Shown here: positions 1-9,950 of the stretch, one piece after another
How positions within the stretch are numbered: position 1 is the first letter of the stretch
Layout: each line of letters opens with the position of its first letter
Origin: Candidatus Poribacteria bacterium
Lineage (GTDB): Bacteria > Poribacteria > WGA-4E > PCPOR2b
Length of the DNA: 64,000 nucleotides
Reading direction: 5' to 3'
NCBI GenBank assembly: GCA_965208675.1
Contig: OZ242351.1
Coordinates: forward strand, 3,936,001-4,000,000
Translations under genes and position numbers: made by a program
Notes under the pieces: generated by a model
Told to the model about the DNA's origin: nothing
The model's input: the letters and a program-made list of their open reading frames with translations, nothing else
The model's database searches: none

Positions 1-165
1 GCCATCGAATTGGCGGAGCGGGAAGCAGGCTTGCCAGCCACAGATGTCATCCGCTTCGGACCGCAAAAATTGGTTGACGCGATTGTCAGCATGCAAAATC
101 GGAGCGCAACAGAGTCTGCAGATTTTCAGGAAAATTCGAGGAGCTTAAACTGCACAAGGACATAG
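1..165 (+). CDS. 3' end of a DUF1611 (DgcN-like) protein, partial at window edge
   Basis: Frame 1 reads AIELAEREAGLPATDVIRFGPQKLVDAIV...RT*. 'GLPATDVIRFG' resembles the DUF1611 C-terminus. Too short for the ORF track. Confidence 0.6.
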   Translation, partial: AIELAEREAGLPATDVIRFGPQKLVDAIVSMQNRSATESADFQENSRSLNCTRT

Positions 166-389
166 TCGTCAGAGTTTTAAACGTGACAGACTCAGCTTTT
201 TGGAAAAACATTGAAGAAAAAACTGTTGCTTGAACAGAAAAGCAGCACATTCTCCCCTGCCCTAAACAAGCAACAACGCGATCACGATGACAGAGAATCG
301 AACCTGTATGAGCAAATTGACCGCCTGAATATTGAACTTATGGATTGAAAAAAGCTATCTCCCTTTTTGACCTCCTTTGACCCCCTAAT

Positions 390-1138
390 AATATCGATAG
401 TCAACAAACCCATAAAGCCGCGGGGAATGCGTTCAATGCCATATTTCGATTTGCCGTATTGTCAAGGCAGATGCTTCACGGGCACTTCTGCGACCCGAAA
501 GCCGTTTTGGTGAGCTAAAATCGGCAGATAGCGATGGCGATCTCCGTACACCAAGAGTTCCTAATCACTTGGCGTCTATAGGCTTTGAATCCACAGTTGA
601 TGTCGTGGAGACTCAGACGCGTAAACCAACAGACCACTCGATTAAAGATTCGTGAGAGAGTGATTTTCGACCAAGAATCCTGACGATCCATTTTCCAACC
701 GGACACGACATCACATCCTTCCTCGATTTTCGCTAGGAGGCGCGGGATTTCGTCCGGATCGTCTTGCAAGTCTGCATCCATCGTGATTATGACATCTCCC
801 GTTGCATGGGCGAAACCTGCCGCTAGGGCAGTTGCCTTGCCCATGTTGCGTCGAAACTGAATGACAACGACTTGGGATGCTGACGCCCCCGCGTTACGCT
901 CAAATTCTTGGATTGAGAGTTTCGATCTACCTATTGCATCCGTCCTATCTTGATGGAGGTGATAAATCTCCTGCATAACCTCGAAGGAACCATCCGTGCT
1001 TCCGTCGTCCACGAATATAATCTCATACGGCGCCCCAATTATCCCCATCACATCTCGAATTTGCTGGTAAAGGGGCCTTAGGGTCAATGCTTCGTTAAAG
1101 ACTGGAATGATAATGGAGAATTCTCTCAGTGCTTTCAC
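390..1138 (-). pseudogene. GT2 polyprenol-phosphate glycosyltransferase (ArnC/Dpm1-like), frameshifted, with a nonsense codon and truncated
   Basis: The N-terminal part has the IIIPVFNE, VDDGSTD, MDADLQDDP and DINCGFKAYRR motifs. Homology continues in another frame near 555 (YGDRHRYLPILAHQNGFRVAEVPVKHLP*QYGKSKYGIERIPRGF) with an in-frame TGA at 462-464. No C-terminal TM helices are recognisable. Confidence 0.85.
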
Positions 1139-1143
1139 AACGC

Positions 1144-1836
1144 TTACTTTAACTGCTGTCGAATCACTTCAATATTCTTGCGTCGGTCTTCCAGCGATGC
1201 TTTACGAAATTTGCCCGGTAATCGCTGTGACCAGCTCGCATGAGCACCGTCAACATCAGGTCGGTCTCGATTTACTCCCATCTGACGACTTCTGATTGAT
1301 GCATTATCTTCCGCGGTACTATCAGCCGTTTGGTTGGGTTTATCATTCGATAACCAACTGAGGTCATTGAGAAATTGTATTGATGGGATTTTGAGGGTCA
1401 AATCCTCTCCCGAAATTTTCAATACGACCTGCTTTGATTTGATATTTTTAATCGTTGCAATTCCAATGTTTTGACCTAGACCCACGTAATAAGTGCGTGC
1501 AGAACTTCTTTCCGCCAAAATGGCTTTAGCAGCTTTACCATGGGATTCAACCCAAGTTGCAATTAGAATGTACTCAGGTTGCTGTTTCGGCGCCTTCCAA
1601 CCCAACGGGCGAAACAGATTATTCTCAACGATAACACGATAGAAATCGCGACTCCGGTCATTTTGTGAATTTGTTCTTTCTGGAATGGTTCTTCGTCGCT
1701 TGGATTGATGGTCTTCCGCACGCGCAGTGTTGATTTGAAGCATTAAGTCAAACGGTATCGCTACAGAAGATACTAGACACACCAGAAAAATTGCCAAAAT
1801 CCTACTGTTTTCGTTTTCTGTCTTGATTGGTTTCAT
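1144..1836 (-). CDS. Exported/membrane-anchored protein with a GspC/PilP-like beta domain
   Basis: N-terminal hydrophobic segment. The 'IVENNLFRP...YILIAT...AKAILAE...YYVGLGQNIGIATIKNIKSKQVVL' pattern resembles T2SS GspC HR / PilP domains. Confidence 0.5.
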   Translation of the reverse strand: MKPIKTENENSRILAIFLVCLVSSVAIPFDLMLQINTARAEDHQSKRRRTIPERTNSQNDRSRDFYRVIVENNLFRPLGWKAPKQQPEYILIATWVESHGKAAKAILAERSSARTYYVGLGQNIGIATIKNIKSKQVVLKISGEDLTLKIPSIQFLNDLSWLSNDKPNQTADSTAEDNASIRSRQMGVNRDRPDVDGAHASWSQRLPGKFRKASLEDRRKNIEVIRQQLK

Positions 1837-2274
1837 TCGGGTTTCCTTTTCAACTCTTTTATCCGTATCGGGCGGGCAAAACCACTTCGCCTCCGTTTTT
1901 ACCGGTTATGAATCTACCTGGTATATCAGCCTGCTATCGAATAGATTTGAATTGGTTCAACGATTTAACATGTGGATTACGCTGTGTCGGCTGTGCAACT
2001 ATAATTCTTCAATGTTGTTTATCGAACTTCTAATTCTCATTACAATCACTTGAAGTCGCATAAACTCCCATCAAGACCCTTCAATTGAAATCTTCATACC
2101 AATAAAAAAATGTGACTTACGTTTACGCTAGTGATATTTAACCGCTTGATGTCGCAGAAAAATTGTGGGTGAGCGAAGGAGGATTTGTGCTCTCGTCTGA
2201 AAATTCCATCTTGAACCGAATCAGCTGCCCTTAACGGAGAGCCAGCAATTTATGACTTCTCTATTAACATGTTA

Positions 2275-4113
2275 CTAGCTAGCGTTAGGCGCACCATATA
2301 TCCAAACGAAATCAATCCCATTAATGCGGACAACATGCTCTAATCTCCGATTTACATCATGAATGCCCCGACCAAGTTGGACATCATAAAGATGAATAAC
2401 TTCATAGTCTGGATACAGTGTATTGTTCTCATCAAATTGGATTAACCTTCCAGTAAAATAAAGATTCATTCCTTGTGCAGCGATGGGAGAAGCACGTACC
2501 GTTAGATGCTTTGCATTTGGCTTCCGATTTAAATAAAGCGCTGCTCGATCTGAGCCAACCTCCCCGCCGATCGCAAAAAGTTTAGGAACATCTGCAACTT
2601 TCCATATCGGGTTATGATAAGCGATGTAGTCAGGATGTACAGACAGAACGGGAGCAATTTGGAAGAGCATGATGAATATCAGGATGAAGGATTTCACTAA
2701 ATATGAAAGCGGGCGCTTTCTGACATGCAACATAGTCTCTTTAATGGAGCCGTAGATTTTCAAATTTATGACCTCCTTTGCCAAGATAGAGAATCCAATT
2801 GCCGCTAAAATATCGAGGAATGGGAGAACGGGCAGAATATATCGGCTGATTTTTTTTGCCATCAAGGACAAAGGGATTACAAACACTAGGATGAACATCA
2901 ATAACGCAAGAAATATCCTCCTGTCTCGATACTCGCAGCGATCGCCGCAGCAAACAACCCATATGAACCCCAATATACACAGCGGTACGGTAAACGGCAA
3001 GCTTCGGAATGAAAGTAGCAGCGGATAATAGAGAGGCCCTGGGTCGTTGACAGGTTTTCCCAAAAACAGATATGCGACTTCGTGGGGTTTCGTTGCCCAA
3101 TCAAGTCCAAAGGCAATAGGTTGAGCGGCATACCATACACCCGCGCCAAGAATTGCAATCATCAAGAAACTAATGATTAAATTGCGAAGACCTATCTGCT
3201 TTCCCTCTGATGTTTGAATATGCCGGTAACCCCAGTAAGTGATTCCAAGTATAGACAGAACGCAAACGAAAAGTAAGAGTAAAGATTTCCCAGCAAACGT
3301 TGTCCATAAACGGGGCCATAGGCAAGTGACAGTCAAGAAAGTAGTTCCCAACCATGTCAAATACAGGGAAAAAATCGAAAAGTTCCGCGTGCATTTATCC
3401 CGACTTGTATTGAATAAACGGTAAAACACCAGGAGCAAAGGTAAGTAGAGTGCAAGCACGCATGTTGTAACTTTTGATAGACAAGCTAAACCGAAGCAGA
3501 TACCTGAAAAGATGACGTACCTTGAACCTTTGGACCGTTCCAAATAGACAAGAATTGAAAGTACCGATAGCAATGTAAAGCTTGTTGCAAGTGCATCCGT
3601 ATGCAACATCCGCGAGAGCGCAAGGTAAAAAGGATCTACAGCAACTAGTAGAGCAGCGATGTAACTTTTCCATGGCCCGAAGAGTTTTAAGAGGAGATAC
3701 CAAGCAATGAAAATAGCAACGATTGTCATCACAACAACACCGCTTCTAGCAGTCGCAAGCGTCTCGGCTGAAAAAAACGGCTTCGTCGCAAGATTCGTTG
3801 CTGTTGAAAGTCCGTCCTGGTATCTCAACCAAAGACCTATTCCGCCAAGCCACATCGTTGTCACACCTGGGTGTGGTACCGTGACCGTCCCATCTAGTTC
3901 CCAATTAATAAGCGATTGAATAAAGACATAGGAACGTCCCATCCACAACTCTTCATCTGCCAAACAGTGAGACTGCAGCGACAGAATACGCGGAAAGACT
4001 ACTATCACCGCGATACCTATCACTATGCATAATGTACCTACGCGATTCGGCGACATTTGAAAGAAATCGTTAATTCCAAGCGTGTGTGTTTTGATAGTTG
4101 GTTTAATTTGCAT
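2275..4113 (-). CDS. GT-C fold membrane glycosyltransferase (family 39/ArnT/PMT_2-like)
   Basis: Many TM helices; DE motif after TM1 (LADEELW), HPG, 'SRMLHTDAL', 'LSKVT', 'RYILPVLP'. Overlaps the upstream gene by 11 nt. Confidence 0.8.
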   Translation of the reverse strand: MQIKPTIKTHTLGINDFFQMSPNRVGTLCIVIGIAVIVVFPRILSLQSHCLADEELWMGRSYVFIQSLINWELDGTVTVPHPGVTTMWLGGIGLWLRYQDGLSTATNLATKPFFSAETLATARSGVVVMTIVAIFIAWYLLLKLFGPWKSYIAALLVAVDPFYLALSRMLHTDALATSFTLLSVLSILVYLERSKGSRYVIFSGICFGLACLSKVTTCVLALYLPLLLVFYRLFNTSRDKCTRNFSIFSLYLTWLGTTFLTVTCLWPRLWTTFAGKSLLLLFVCVLSILGITYWGYRHIQTSEGKQIGLRNLIISFLMIAILGAGVWYAAQPIAFGLDWATKPHEVAYLFLGKPVNDPGPLYYPLLLSFRSLPFTVPLCILGFIWVVCCGDRCEYRDRRIFLALLMFILVFVIPLSLMAKKISRYILPVLPFLDILAAIGFSILAKEVINLKIYGSIKETMLHVRKRPLSYLVKSFILIFIMLFQIAPVLSVHPDYIAYHNPIWKVADVPKLFAIGGEVGSDRAALYLNRKPNAKHLTVRASPIAAQGMNLYFTGRLIQFDENNTLYPDYEVIHLYDVQLGRGIHDVNRRLEHVVRINGIDFVWIYGAPNAS

Positions 4114-4951
4114 CTTTTACGCACCGACACCCGACGTTGAACCCTCTGTAGGTTGGCAAGTCATAGTAACGATAGGTACTCTGCAACTGCAAACGCGTTG
4201 CTCCCCATCCTCCACCTCGCAAGACGCGATGCTTCCCATTTTTAGGTCCTTTCGGATTTTTGGACGGGCTTTTCACGTAGTAAGCTTCATCGTACCAATC
4301 CGAACACCATTCCCAGACATTTCCTGCCATATCCACAATGCCGTAAGGGCTTGCACCGGTCGGAAAACTTCCAACCGGAACTGTGCGTCTGCCATTGGCA
4401 ACCCGATAAGAGAGGTTCTCAAAGTTAATTTTGTTGCCCCACGGATATAGAAATCCCTCTGTTCCCCTTGCGGCTTTCTCCCATTCTGCCTCGGTCGGCA
4501 ATCGTTTACCAGCCCATCGACAATACGCATCCGCTTCATACCAACTGATGCCAATTATTGGTTGATTCGGGGCGCTATATAGTCCGTATGTAGATTGAAA
4601 AGTAAGAGGTTGACCCATTGCTAAGTACCCGTGAATCTGATTCTGTTCGATGAATTTCCAGCCCGATTTTGTCCAGAATTTCTTCTTGCGATATCCACCT
4701 TCTTGGATAAATCTTTCGTACTCCTGAATTGTCACCTCAAACTTATCAATGAGGTAGGCATCAAGATAAACCTCACGCGCCGGAGTTTGTCCAGGAAGTG
4801 CTGACTCCGACGCACTTCCCATGAGAAATGGACCTGCGGGAATCATAACCATATCCGTCTCGGCGCTTTCAGATTGATTACAAGCAGACACGATGAAGGA
4901 AAAAAGTATCAATGCGAAAATTGGGAAAAGGACATATCGTCTATTTTTCAT
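4103..4951 (-). CDS. FGE-sulfatase (SUMF1/EgtB/PvdO-fold) domain lipoprotein
   Basis: Lipobox VSAC; MVMIPAGPFLMGS, RLPTEAEWEKAARG, DMAGNVWEW, RVLRGGGW, VGCRC. Lacks the catalytic Cys pair of true FGE. Confidence 0.9.
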   Translation of the reverse strand: MKNRRYVLFPIFALILFSFIVSACNQSESAETDMVMIPAGPFLMGSASESALPGQTPAREVYLDAYLIDKFEVTIQEYERFIQEGGYRKKKFWTKSGWKFIEQNQIHGYLAMGQPLTFQSTYGLYSAPNQPIIGISWYEADAYCRWAGKRLPTEAEWEKAARGTEGFLYPWGNKINFENLSYRVANGRRTVPVGSFPTGASPYGIVDMAGNVWEWCSDWYDEAYYVKSPSKNPKGPKNGKHRVLRGGGWGATRLQLQSTYRYYDLPTYRGFNVGCRCVKDAN

Positions 4952-5429
4952 AGCTAACCTCCGCTGGCATTAGGCTCTTTAAGGAATTGAGTTCTGCATG
5001 AACTGATTCTCTTTGTGCCCAAATGGCGTTACGTTCCTCTCTAGTTTCTCTTACCATTTCGTCAAGTTCATCCGCTTTCGAATTAGCTCCCAGTGACAAT
5101 CTTCTCATCTGTTCCACAATTGCCAGTGTCTCATCTTCACTCAGCGTTTTATCAGTTGTAATCTTATTCACCAATTCAGCAATTCTCTCGGGTGTTTTGT
5201 CATGGATTCGGCCAAGTTCGAAAATCTCTTGCCGCCGCTCTTCAATTTCTTCTAGCTGCTGAGAATAATCTTGATATTCCCTTTCAAGCTCCCGAATCTG
5301 TACGATTACCCTTTCTATCTCCGTTTCGCCTATACTGTTCGTTGAAGACAACCGACTACAACCAGATATGATTAAAGAGATGAGCATTAACACAAAACTT
5401 GGAAAAAGAAAGGATTGTCTATTTTTCAT
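4941..5429 (-). CDS. Coiled-coil lipoprotein, apparently a chimera from tandem duplication
   Basis: Lipobox ISGC. The signal peptide resembles that of 4103..4951; the C-terminal ~115 aa are nearly identical to the C-terminus of 6777..7490. Confidence 0.7.
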   Translation of the reverse strand: MKNRQSFLFPSFVLMLISLIISGCSRLSSTNSIGETEIERVIVQIRELEREYQDYSQQLEEIEERRQEIFELGRIHDKTPERIAELVNKITTDKTLSEDETLAIVEQMRRLSLGANSKADELDEMVRETREERNAIWAQRESVHAELNSLKSLMPAEVSYEK

Positions 5430-5576
5430 GACTCACCTCCGCTGGTATTAGGCAGTGACCCCAATTGTTTGGACACGAAATTGCGGATGTTAAGAAGGTA
5501 TTTTGAAGTTTAGGACTTAACCTATAACTGTGTTAGTGCTGCGTAGTTAATTCAAGATTAAATATCGATTGGTGTT

Positions 5577-6401
5577 CTAGTGTGCATTATACGCTGCCTC
5601 GAATTCAGCAGGTGTCCGATAGCCTAGCGCTGAATGAGGCCTTTTCTGATTATACACGACATCTAATACTAGACTAAGTTGGTTGTATGCATCCCGGAAA
5701 TTCTGATACTCGGAGTCAACGATATACTCGTCTTTGATTCTGCCAATCGTACTCTCAACGTATGGATTCTGCCACGGTTTCCCACGGTCCGTCATGGAAA
5801 TGCGGCACGCTATCGCTCTCAATTGCTGACAATACTTCTCAGCAATGTACTGTCCACCTCGGTCTGAATGATGGATTTGCGGACGATGCTGTCTTGCTAA
5901 TGCTTTTCTCAAAGCCCCAGACAGCAGGTTAACTGACATGTTTTTTGACAACTCCCAGCCTCTTATGGTTCGAGTAAAAACATCAAACAATAACGCCAGA
6001 TAAGCCATTTGACCACTAGCCAGTGGAACATAGGTGATATCTGCACACCATATCTGGTCAGGATAAGAGACCGATAAATCTTTGAGCAAATTCGGATACG
6101 CATATCGTCCGGGTTGACTGTTGGTGGTGATAACCCGCTTTCGCCTAGGACGTACCTGAAGCCCTAGTGCGCCAACCAGACGTTGCACCCGTTTTCGGTT
6201 GACAACCAATCCTTGACGATGCAGTTCATTTGTGATTCTGCGATACCCATAGCGGTGATTTGATAAACGTATTTGCTCGATATGCCGGCAAAGCTGAGCA
6301 TCACCATCGGCTTTGGAATCGTAATAGAAACTGCTTCGAGACAAGCCGAGCACATTACACAGTAGGCTAATGGGAAATGCTTCGCTGCCGCGTTTCGCCA
6401 A
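5577..6401 (-). CDS. IS3 transposase OrfB (rve/DDE)
   Basis: YGYRRI, WCADITY, HHSDRGGQY, QNPYVES, YNQKRPHSALGYRTP motifs. Confidence 0.95.
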   Translation of the reverse strand: MAKRGSEAFPISLLCNVLGLSRSSFYYDSKADGDAQLCRHIEQIRLSNHRYGYRRITNELHRQGLVVNRKRVQRLVGALGLQVRPRRKRVITTNSQPGRYAYPNLLKDLSVSYPDQIWCADITYVPLASGQMAYLALLFDVFTRTIRGWELSKNMSVNLLSGALRKALARQHRPQIHHSDRGGQYIAEKYCQQLRAIACRISMTDRGKPWQNPYVESTIGRIKDEYIVDSEYQNFRDAYNQLSLVLDVVYNQKRPHSALGYRTPAEFEAAYNAH

Positions 6402-6415
6402 TTCCCGTTTCTGCT

Positions 6416-6709
6416 TTATCGAGAGTCGAAGTAACTCAATACTTTTTTTGAGGCAGACAGCTCCAGTGTCAATTGCCCGACGAGACGCTCCAGTTCAGCG
6501 ATGCGCGCATTGGAGGCGTTCTTGTGGTTCTGCTCACCCACAAAGAGATTCGCAGCGTTTTCCATGAAGTGTTGGCGCCATTTGGACAGTAAGGTATCGC
6601 TGATTTGATATTCGTTACAAATTTCGACTGGGCGTTTCCGCCCACTGATGATATCTAGTACACATTCGAGCTTAAATTCGGGTGTAAATTGACGTCTTGT
6701 CTTCGACAT
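6416..6709 (-). CDS. IS3 transposase OrfA (HTH_Tnp_1)
   Basis: RRQFTPEFK...LLSKWR...IAELERLVGQLTLE. An A7G slippery motif (minus strand, ~6442-6449) suits -1 frameshifting into orfB. Confidence 0.92.
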   Translation of the reverse strand: MSKTRRQFTPEFKLECVLDIISGRKRPVEICNEYQISDTLLSKWRQHFMENAANLFVGEQNHKNASNARIAELERLVGQLTLELSASKKVLSYFDSR

Positions 6710-6776
6710 GATAGCCCCTTTCTGGACGGTTAATTATTATAAAATCCTTCTTAGCTCACTGTCCAGTTTTTTGGGG

Positions 6777-7490
6777 TCATTCCATTAGACTCCTTAAGGA
6801 ATTGAGTTCTGCATGAACTGATTCTCTTTGCGCCCAAATGGTGTTACGTTCCTCTCTAGTTTCTCTTACCATTTCGTCAAGTGCATCCGCTCTCGAATTG
6901 GCTCCTAACGACAATCGTCTCAACTGTTCCACAATTTCCAGCCTTTCATCTTCACTCAGCGTTTTATCAGTTGTAAGCCTATTCACTAATTCAGCGATTT
7001 TCTCGGGTGTTTTGTCATGAATTCGACCAAGTTCGAAAATCTCTTGCCGCTGCTCTTCAATTCCCTCCAGCTGCTGAGTATAATCTTCATACTCCCTTTC
7101 AAGCACCCGAATCTGTAGAATTATCTCTTTTGTCTCCGGCTCTATCTTCGCTTCCTCCGCTTCGCTCACACTGCTCTTGGAAGGTAGAAAGACCCCCGAT
7201 TTCTGCCGCCCCTCACTTACACCTACACCCAACACAAGAGCAGATTCATCCGTTGGTTCACGAGTTGAATGGAAAGAAACCTCATTTTTTTTCTCCTCAT
7301 GACGAACAGTTCTCTCATTAGCGTACAGGGGTATATGCTCTTCGTCTAGTTGAAGTCCGTTTTCAGCAGTTTCTACTGTCACTTCTGTAGGCTTATCAAC
7401 TAGAAAATAAAGAATCGAGTATATTATCCCTAAGGTTCCAGTTAGAAACATGCCGCCGATTGCTAATTTAAACAATAGATTACGATTCAT
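6777..7490 (-). CDS. Single-pass membrane protein with C-terminal coiled coil; last codons replaced by IS3
   Basis: N-terminal TM segment. The C-terminus matches 4941..5429. Removing the IS restores the ending ...NSLRSLIPAEVSHEK*. Confidence 0.75.
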   Translation of the reverse strand: MNRNLLFKLAIGGMFLTGTLGIIYSILYFLVDKPTEVTVETAENGLQLDEEHIPLYANERTVRHEEKKNEVSFHSTREPTDESALVLGVGVSEGRQKSGVFLPSKSSVSEAEEAKIEPETKEIILQIRVLEREYEDYTQQLEGIEEQRQEIFELGRIHDKTPEKIAELVNRLTTDKTLSEDERLEIVEQLRRLSLGANSRADALDEMVRETREERNTIWAQRESVHAELNSLRSLME

Positions 7491-7610
7491 TTGAGGATTC
7501 CTCCAGCGCTATGATGCATGATTTTCTGTATCGAGGTATTGGCATTAGCTTAAAACGAAACGAATTGGTGTTGTATATAATACTCAAATTCTCCCATGAC
7601 AAATCAGGAC

Positions 7611-9950
7611 CTATTCGCTTATTGTAATCTGCGCAAATACTGGAACCTTCAACTCTTTTTGTCGGTCACTATTCGTGGATATTGTGATAACATCCTTCAA
7701 TAAACCGCCCGTGTGTCCACTGGGTTGTAGAGCAATCCTTACATTGTACGCTCTTCCATCTTTGAGTTGAGTTAATGATGTTGACACATAATTAGATTGG
7801 GACTCAGCATGCAAAACTCTTATATTGGGTTTTGTAACTTTAATTACAATGTCTCTTGACAAATTACTTGCTTGGGAGTCAACTAACCCAAAAAAGATGT
7901 TTTTTGATGATACTTCGAATTCTCCAGTGATTTGACCGTGAATAGGAACTTCCAAAAACAGTTTTTCATCTTGCTCACGGTAATCAACAAATATTTTCTC
8001 ACTAATTAACCCGACGGTCTGTAGTTTTGCATGGATTTGCAGAATTTGTTCTCCCTCAAGAAGTACGGCATGGATGACATCTGAACTCGTGCGAATTCCT
8101 AAGATTTGCACAGATTTAGGAGAATATTCCAATACTATGGTTCGCGTAACCGGCGTGTCGGCTGAAATCTTGCCTAAATAAACACGGCTTGGCATGGCTT
8201 TCAGCGACAGATATACATTTGCTCGGACCTTCAACTCAAAGGTTTGCAGATTTGGGTCATCTGTTTGAAATCTGACGAATTGTTCTACCGTGCCGTCTCG
8301 TTTGGGCGCATCAAGTCTAACCTTTAACTGTAGTTTTCCGTCTGGGAGTATTGTCGGATTTGACAGGAAAGTGGTTGTACAAGCACAACTTTTGTCTACT
8401 TCAGAAACCTCTAACGCCATTTTTCCAACATTCGTAATGGTAAAGATATGTTCTACCTGTTCCCCACCCCGAACTCGTCCAAAGTCATGTATGGATTTGT
8501 CTACTTGAATCGGTCGTAGTGCAGAGGAATACGAATCAGGTTGTGGACTTGATGCATCAGAATTAGAGGGAAGAGTAGATTCTAGTGTAGGCGTAAAAGT
8601 AAGAAGAGAACCGTCCCATCTTTCCCGAAACTCCTGAATTGGGAGGGTATAATCATCAGACGCGGGGTCAAAAATACGAACATCCTTTCTTGAAGCCGCC
8701 GTAATCACGACAAAGTGATTCGTGTCAACGTGAGCGATAGCTGGTAGCCTTACGTCATCGAGCCGTTTTGACTTTAGTAAAATACCTTCTGGATTCAACC
8801 CTTTTCTCCATGCTGCCTCGTACAATCCTTTCATTGAAGTTCCGATGTCTTCTCTGTAATCTGTGAGATTCAGTAACTCATCCAATTTTGCATTGACATT
8901 AAATGCTTTACACACAAACTGAAGAGAAAGAGGACCGCACATTGGCAGGGGCGCTTTTTGAGTTTGGCGTCTTTGACGTTGTTCGGTTCGCGAATTCGGT
9001 TTTATGGGGGAAAAAGGCATAAGCCTTTGTTCCGGCGAAATACTCCGTTGTACCTCGAAAAAGTCAGATGGGAATGCAACGTTGAATGACATCTCCTCAA
9101 CTTCAAGCTTGTATCGGTGCTTCAAACCTAACGAATTGTATAATTCTATCTGGATACTAGTCGGGAAATAAATGGAATTTACCTTTTTAAAGTCTTTATA
9201 ACTTGCAGAAAAGACGAGTCGATTATCGATTAAGTGTTTCTCACTAAGAACTGCAAACTCAAGGTCCGGATCAATGAGTAATTTAACGGACGTATCTTGT
9301 GTGGAGAACTTAACTTCATACAAGGTGTCATTATCGACAGATTTCAGCGTTAGATTTACTTGAGCGTCATGCGGTATGTATTTCTGCGATCTTCCAAAAA
9401 GATGGTAGGATAACACATTAATTGTCGGTGAATCGTTCAGATAGATTTCCGATTTCATAAACTGCGAATCTGTTTCAAGCGATCCGGTCTGTCCGTCGTA
9501 TGTATCAATTCGACACCCGCCAGCACCCATGTAACGGCCAACTCCTTTCAATGGGTTTAACGGTCTTCGATCGAAACTTATAACTCTGTAGCGGTCAAAA
9601 TTCAGAATGGATGAACCCGTATTAACTTCAAAGCATATCAATTCTTCCGTTTGGGTTACCCACTCTTTCTTTCGCATGTAATCGAGGATTTCATCTTCAT
9701 AGCCCAATTCGTTGGGAATCCAAACTTCATTCAGAGCAGCTTTTATTTCTTCTATAGACATTATGGATTCAATCGGACGGACATTTAGGCGGGTGGAGAT
9801 TATCCGAAACTCGCCACTCTCAATTGATTTACGTAATGTGTTCAAAATTATGGAGGTTTCCGTGGGTTCCATTTCTTTGCACCAACATATGTCACCAGCT
9901 AATCCTACCAAAAATATCATACAATAACACACCACTTTTAATCCAATCAT
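7611..9950 (-). CDS. Exported multidomain protein: LolA-like/beta-rich N-domain, C39 cysteine peptidase domain, DUF1573-like Ig domains
   Basis: Probable ATG at 9950 with RBS GAGGTG and a signal-like N-terminus (ORF track extends to 10007). C39 motifs MCGPLSL, GTSMKGLYEAA, AIAHVDTNHFVVI, RIFDPA (~8945-8600). DUF1573-like HDFGRV...HIFTITNVG...VDKSCACT. No TMD or NBD. Confidence 0.8.
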   Translation of the reverse strand: MIGLKVVCYCMIFLVGLAGDICWCKEMEPTETSIILNTLRKSIESGEFRIISTRLNVRPIESIMSIEEIKAALNEVWIPNELGYEDEILDYMRKKEWVTQTEELICFEVNTGSSILNFDRYRVISFDRRPLNPLKGVGRYMGAGGCRIDTYDGQTGSLETDSQFMKSEIYLNDSPTINVLSYHLFGRSQKYIPHDAQVNLTLKSVDNDTLYEVKFSTQDTSVKLLIDPDLEFAVLSEKHLIDNRLVFSASYKDFKKVNSIYFPTSIQIELYNSLGLKHRYKLEVEEMSFNVAFPSDFFEVQRSISPEQRLMPFSPIKPNSRTEQRQRRQTQKAPLPMCGPLSLQFVCKAFNVNAKLDELLNLTDYREDIGTSMKGLYEAAWRKGLNPEGILLKSKRLDDVRLPAIAHVDTNHFVVITAASRKDVRIFDPASDDYTLPIQEFRERWDGSLLTFTPTLESTLPSNSDASSPQPDSYSSALRPIQVDKSIHDFGRVRGGEQVEHIFTITNVGKMALEVSEVDKSCACTTTFLSNPTILPDGKLQLKVRLDAPKRDGTVEQFVRFQTDDPNLQTFELKVRANVYLSLKAMPSRVYLGKISADTPVTRTIVLEYSPKSVQILGIRTSSDVIHAVLLEGEQILQIHAKLQTVGLISEKIFVDYREQDEKLFLEVPIHGQITGEFEVSSKNIFFGLVDSQASNLSRDIVIKVTKPNIRVLHAESQSNYVSTSLTQLKDGRAYNVRIALQPSGHTGGLLKDVITISTNSDRQKELKVPVFAQITISE

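Larger units (their letters stand above)
5451..6784 (-). mobile_element. IS3-family insertion sequence (~1.33 kb)
   Basis: Imperfect terminal IRs: GGCAGTGACCCCAATTGTTTGGACAC (5451-5476) and revcomp TGGAATGACCCCAAAAAACTGGACAG (6784-6759). Flanked by a duplicated TTA (5448-5450, 6785-6787). Contains orfA/orfB. Confidence 0.92.

Noticed and set aside
462-464. In-frame TGA in the GT2 remnant as selenocysteine or recoding
   Set aside because: It falls at a position usually Arg (CGA to TGA), comes after a separate frameshift, and other genes here use TGA as a normal stop.
4103-7130. FGE/CLec-fold gene next to a duplicated sequence, suggesting a diversity-generating retroelement
   Set aside because: No reverse transcriptase in the window; the repeat does not cover the FGE C-terminus; differences between copies are not adenine-specific.
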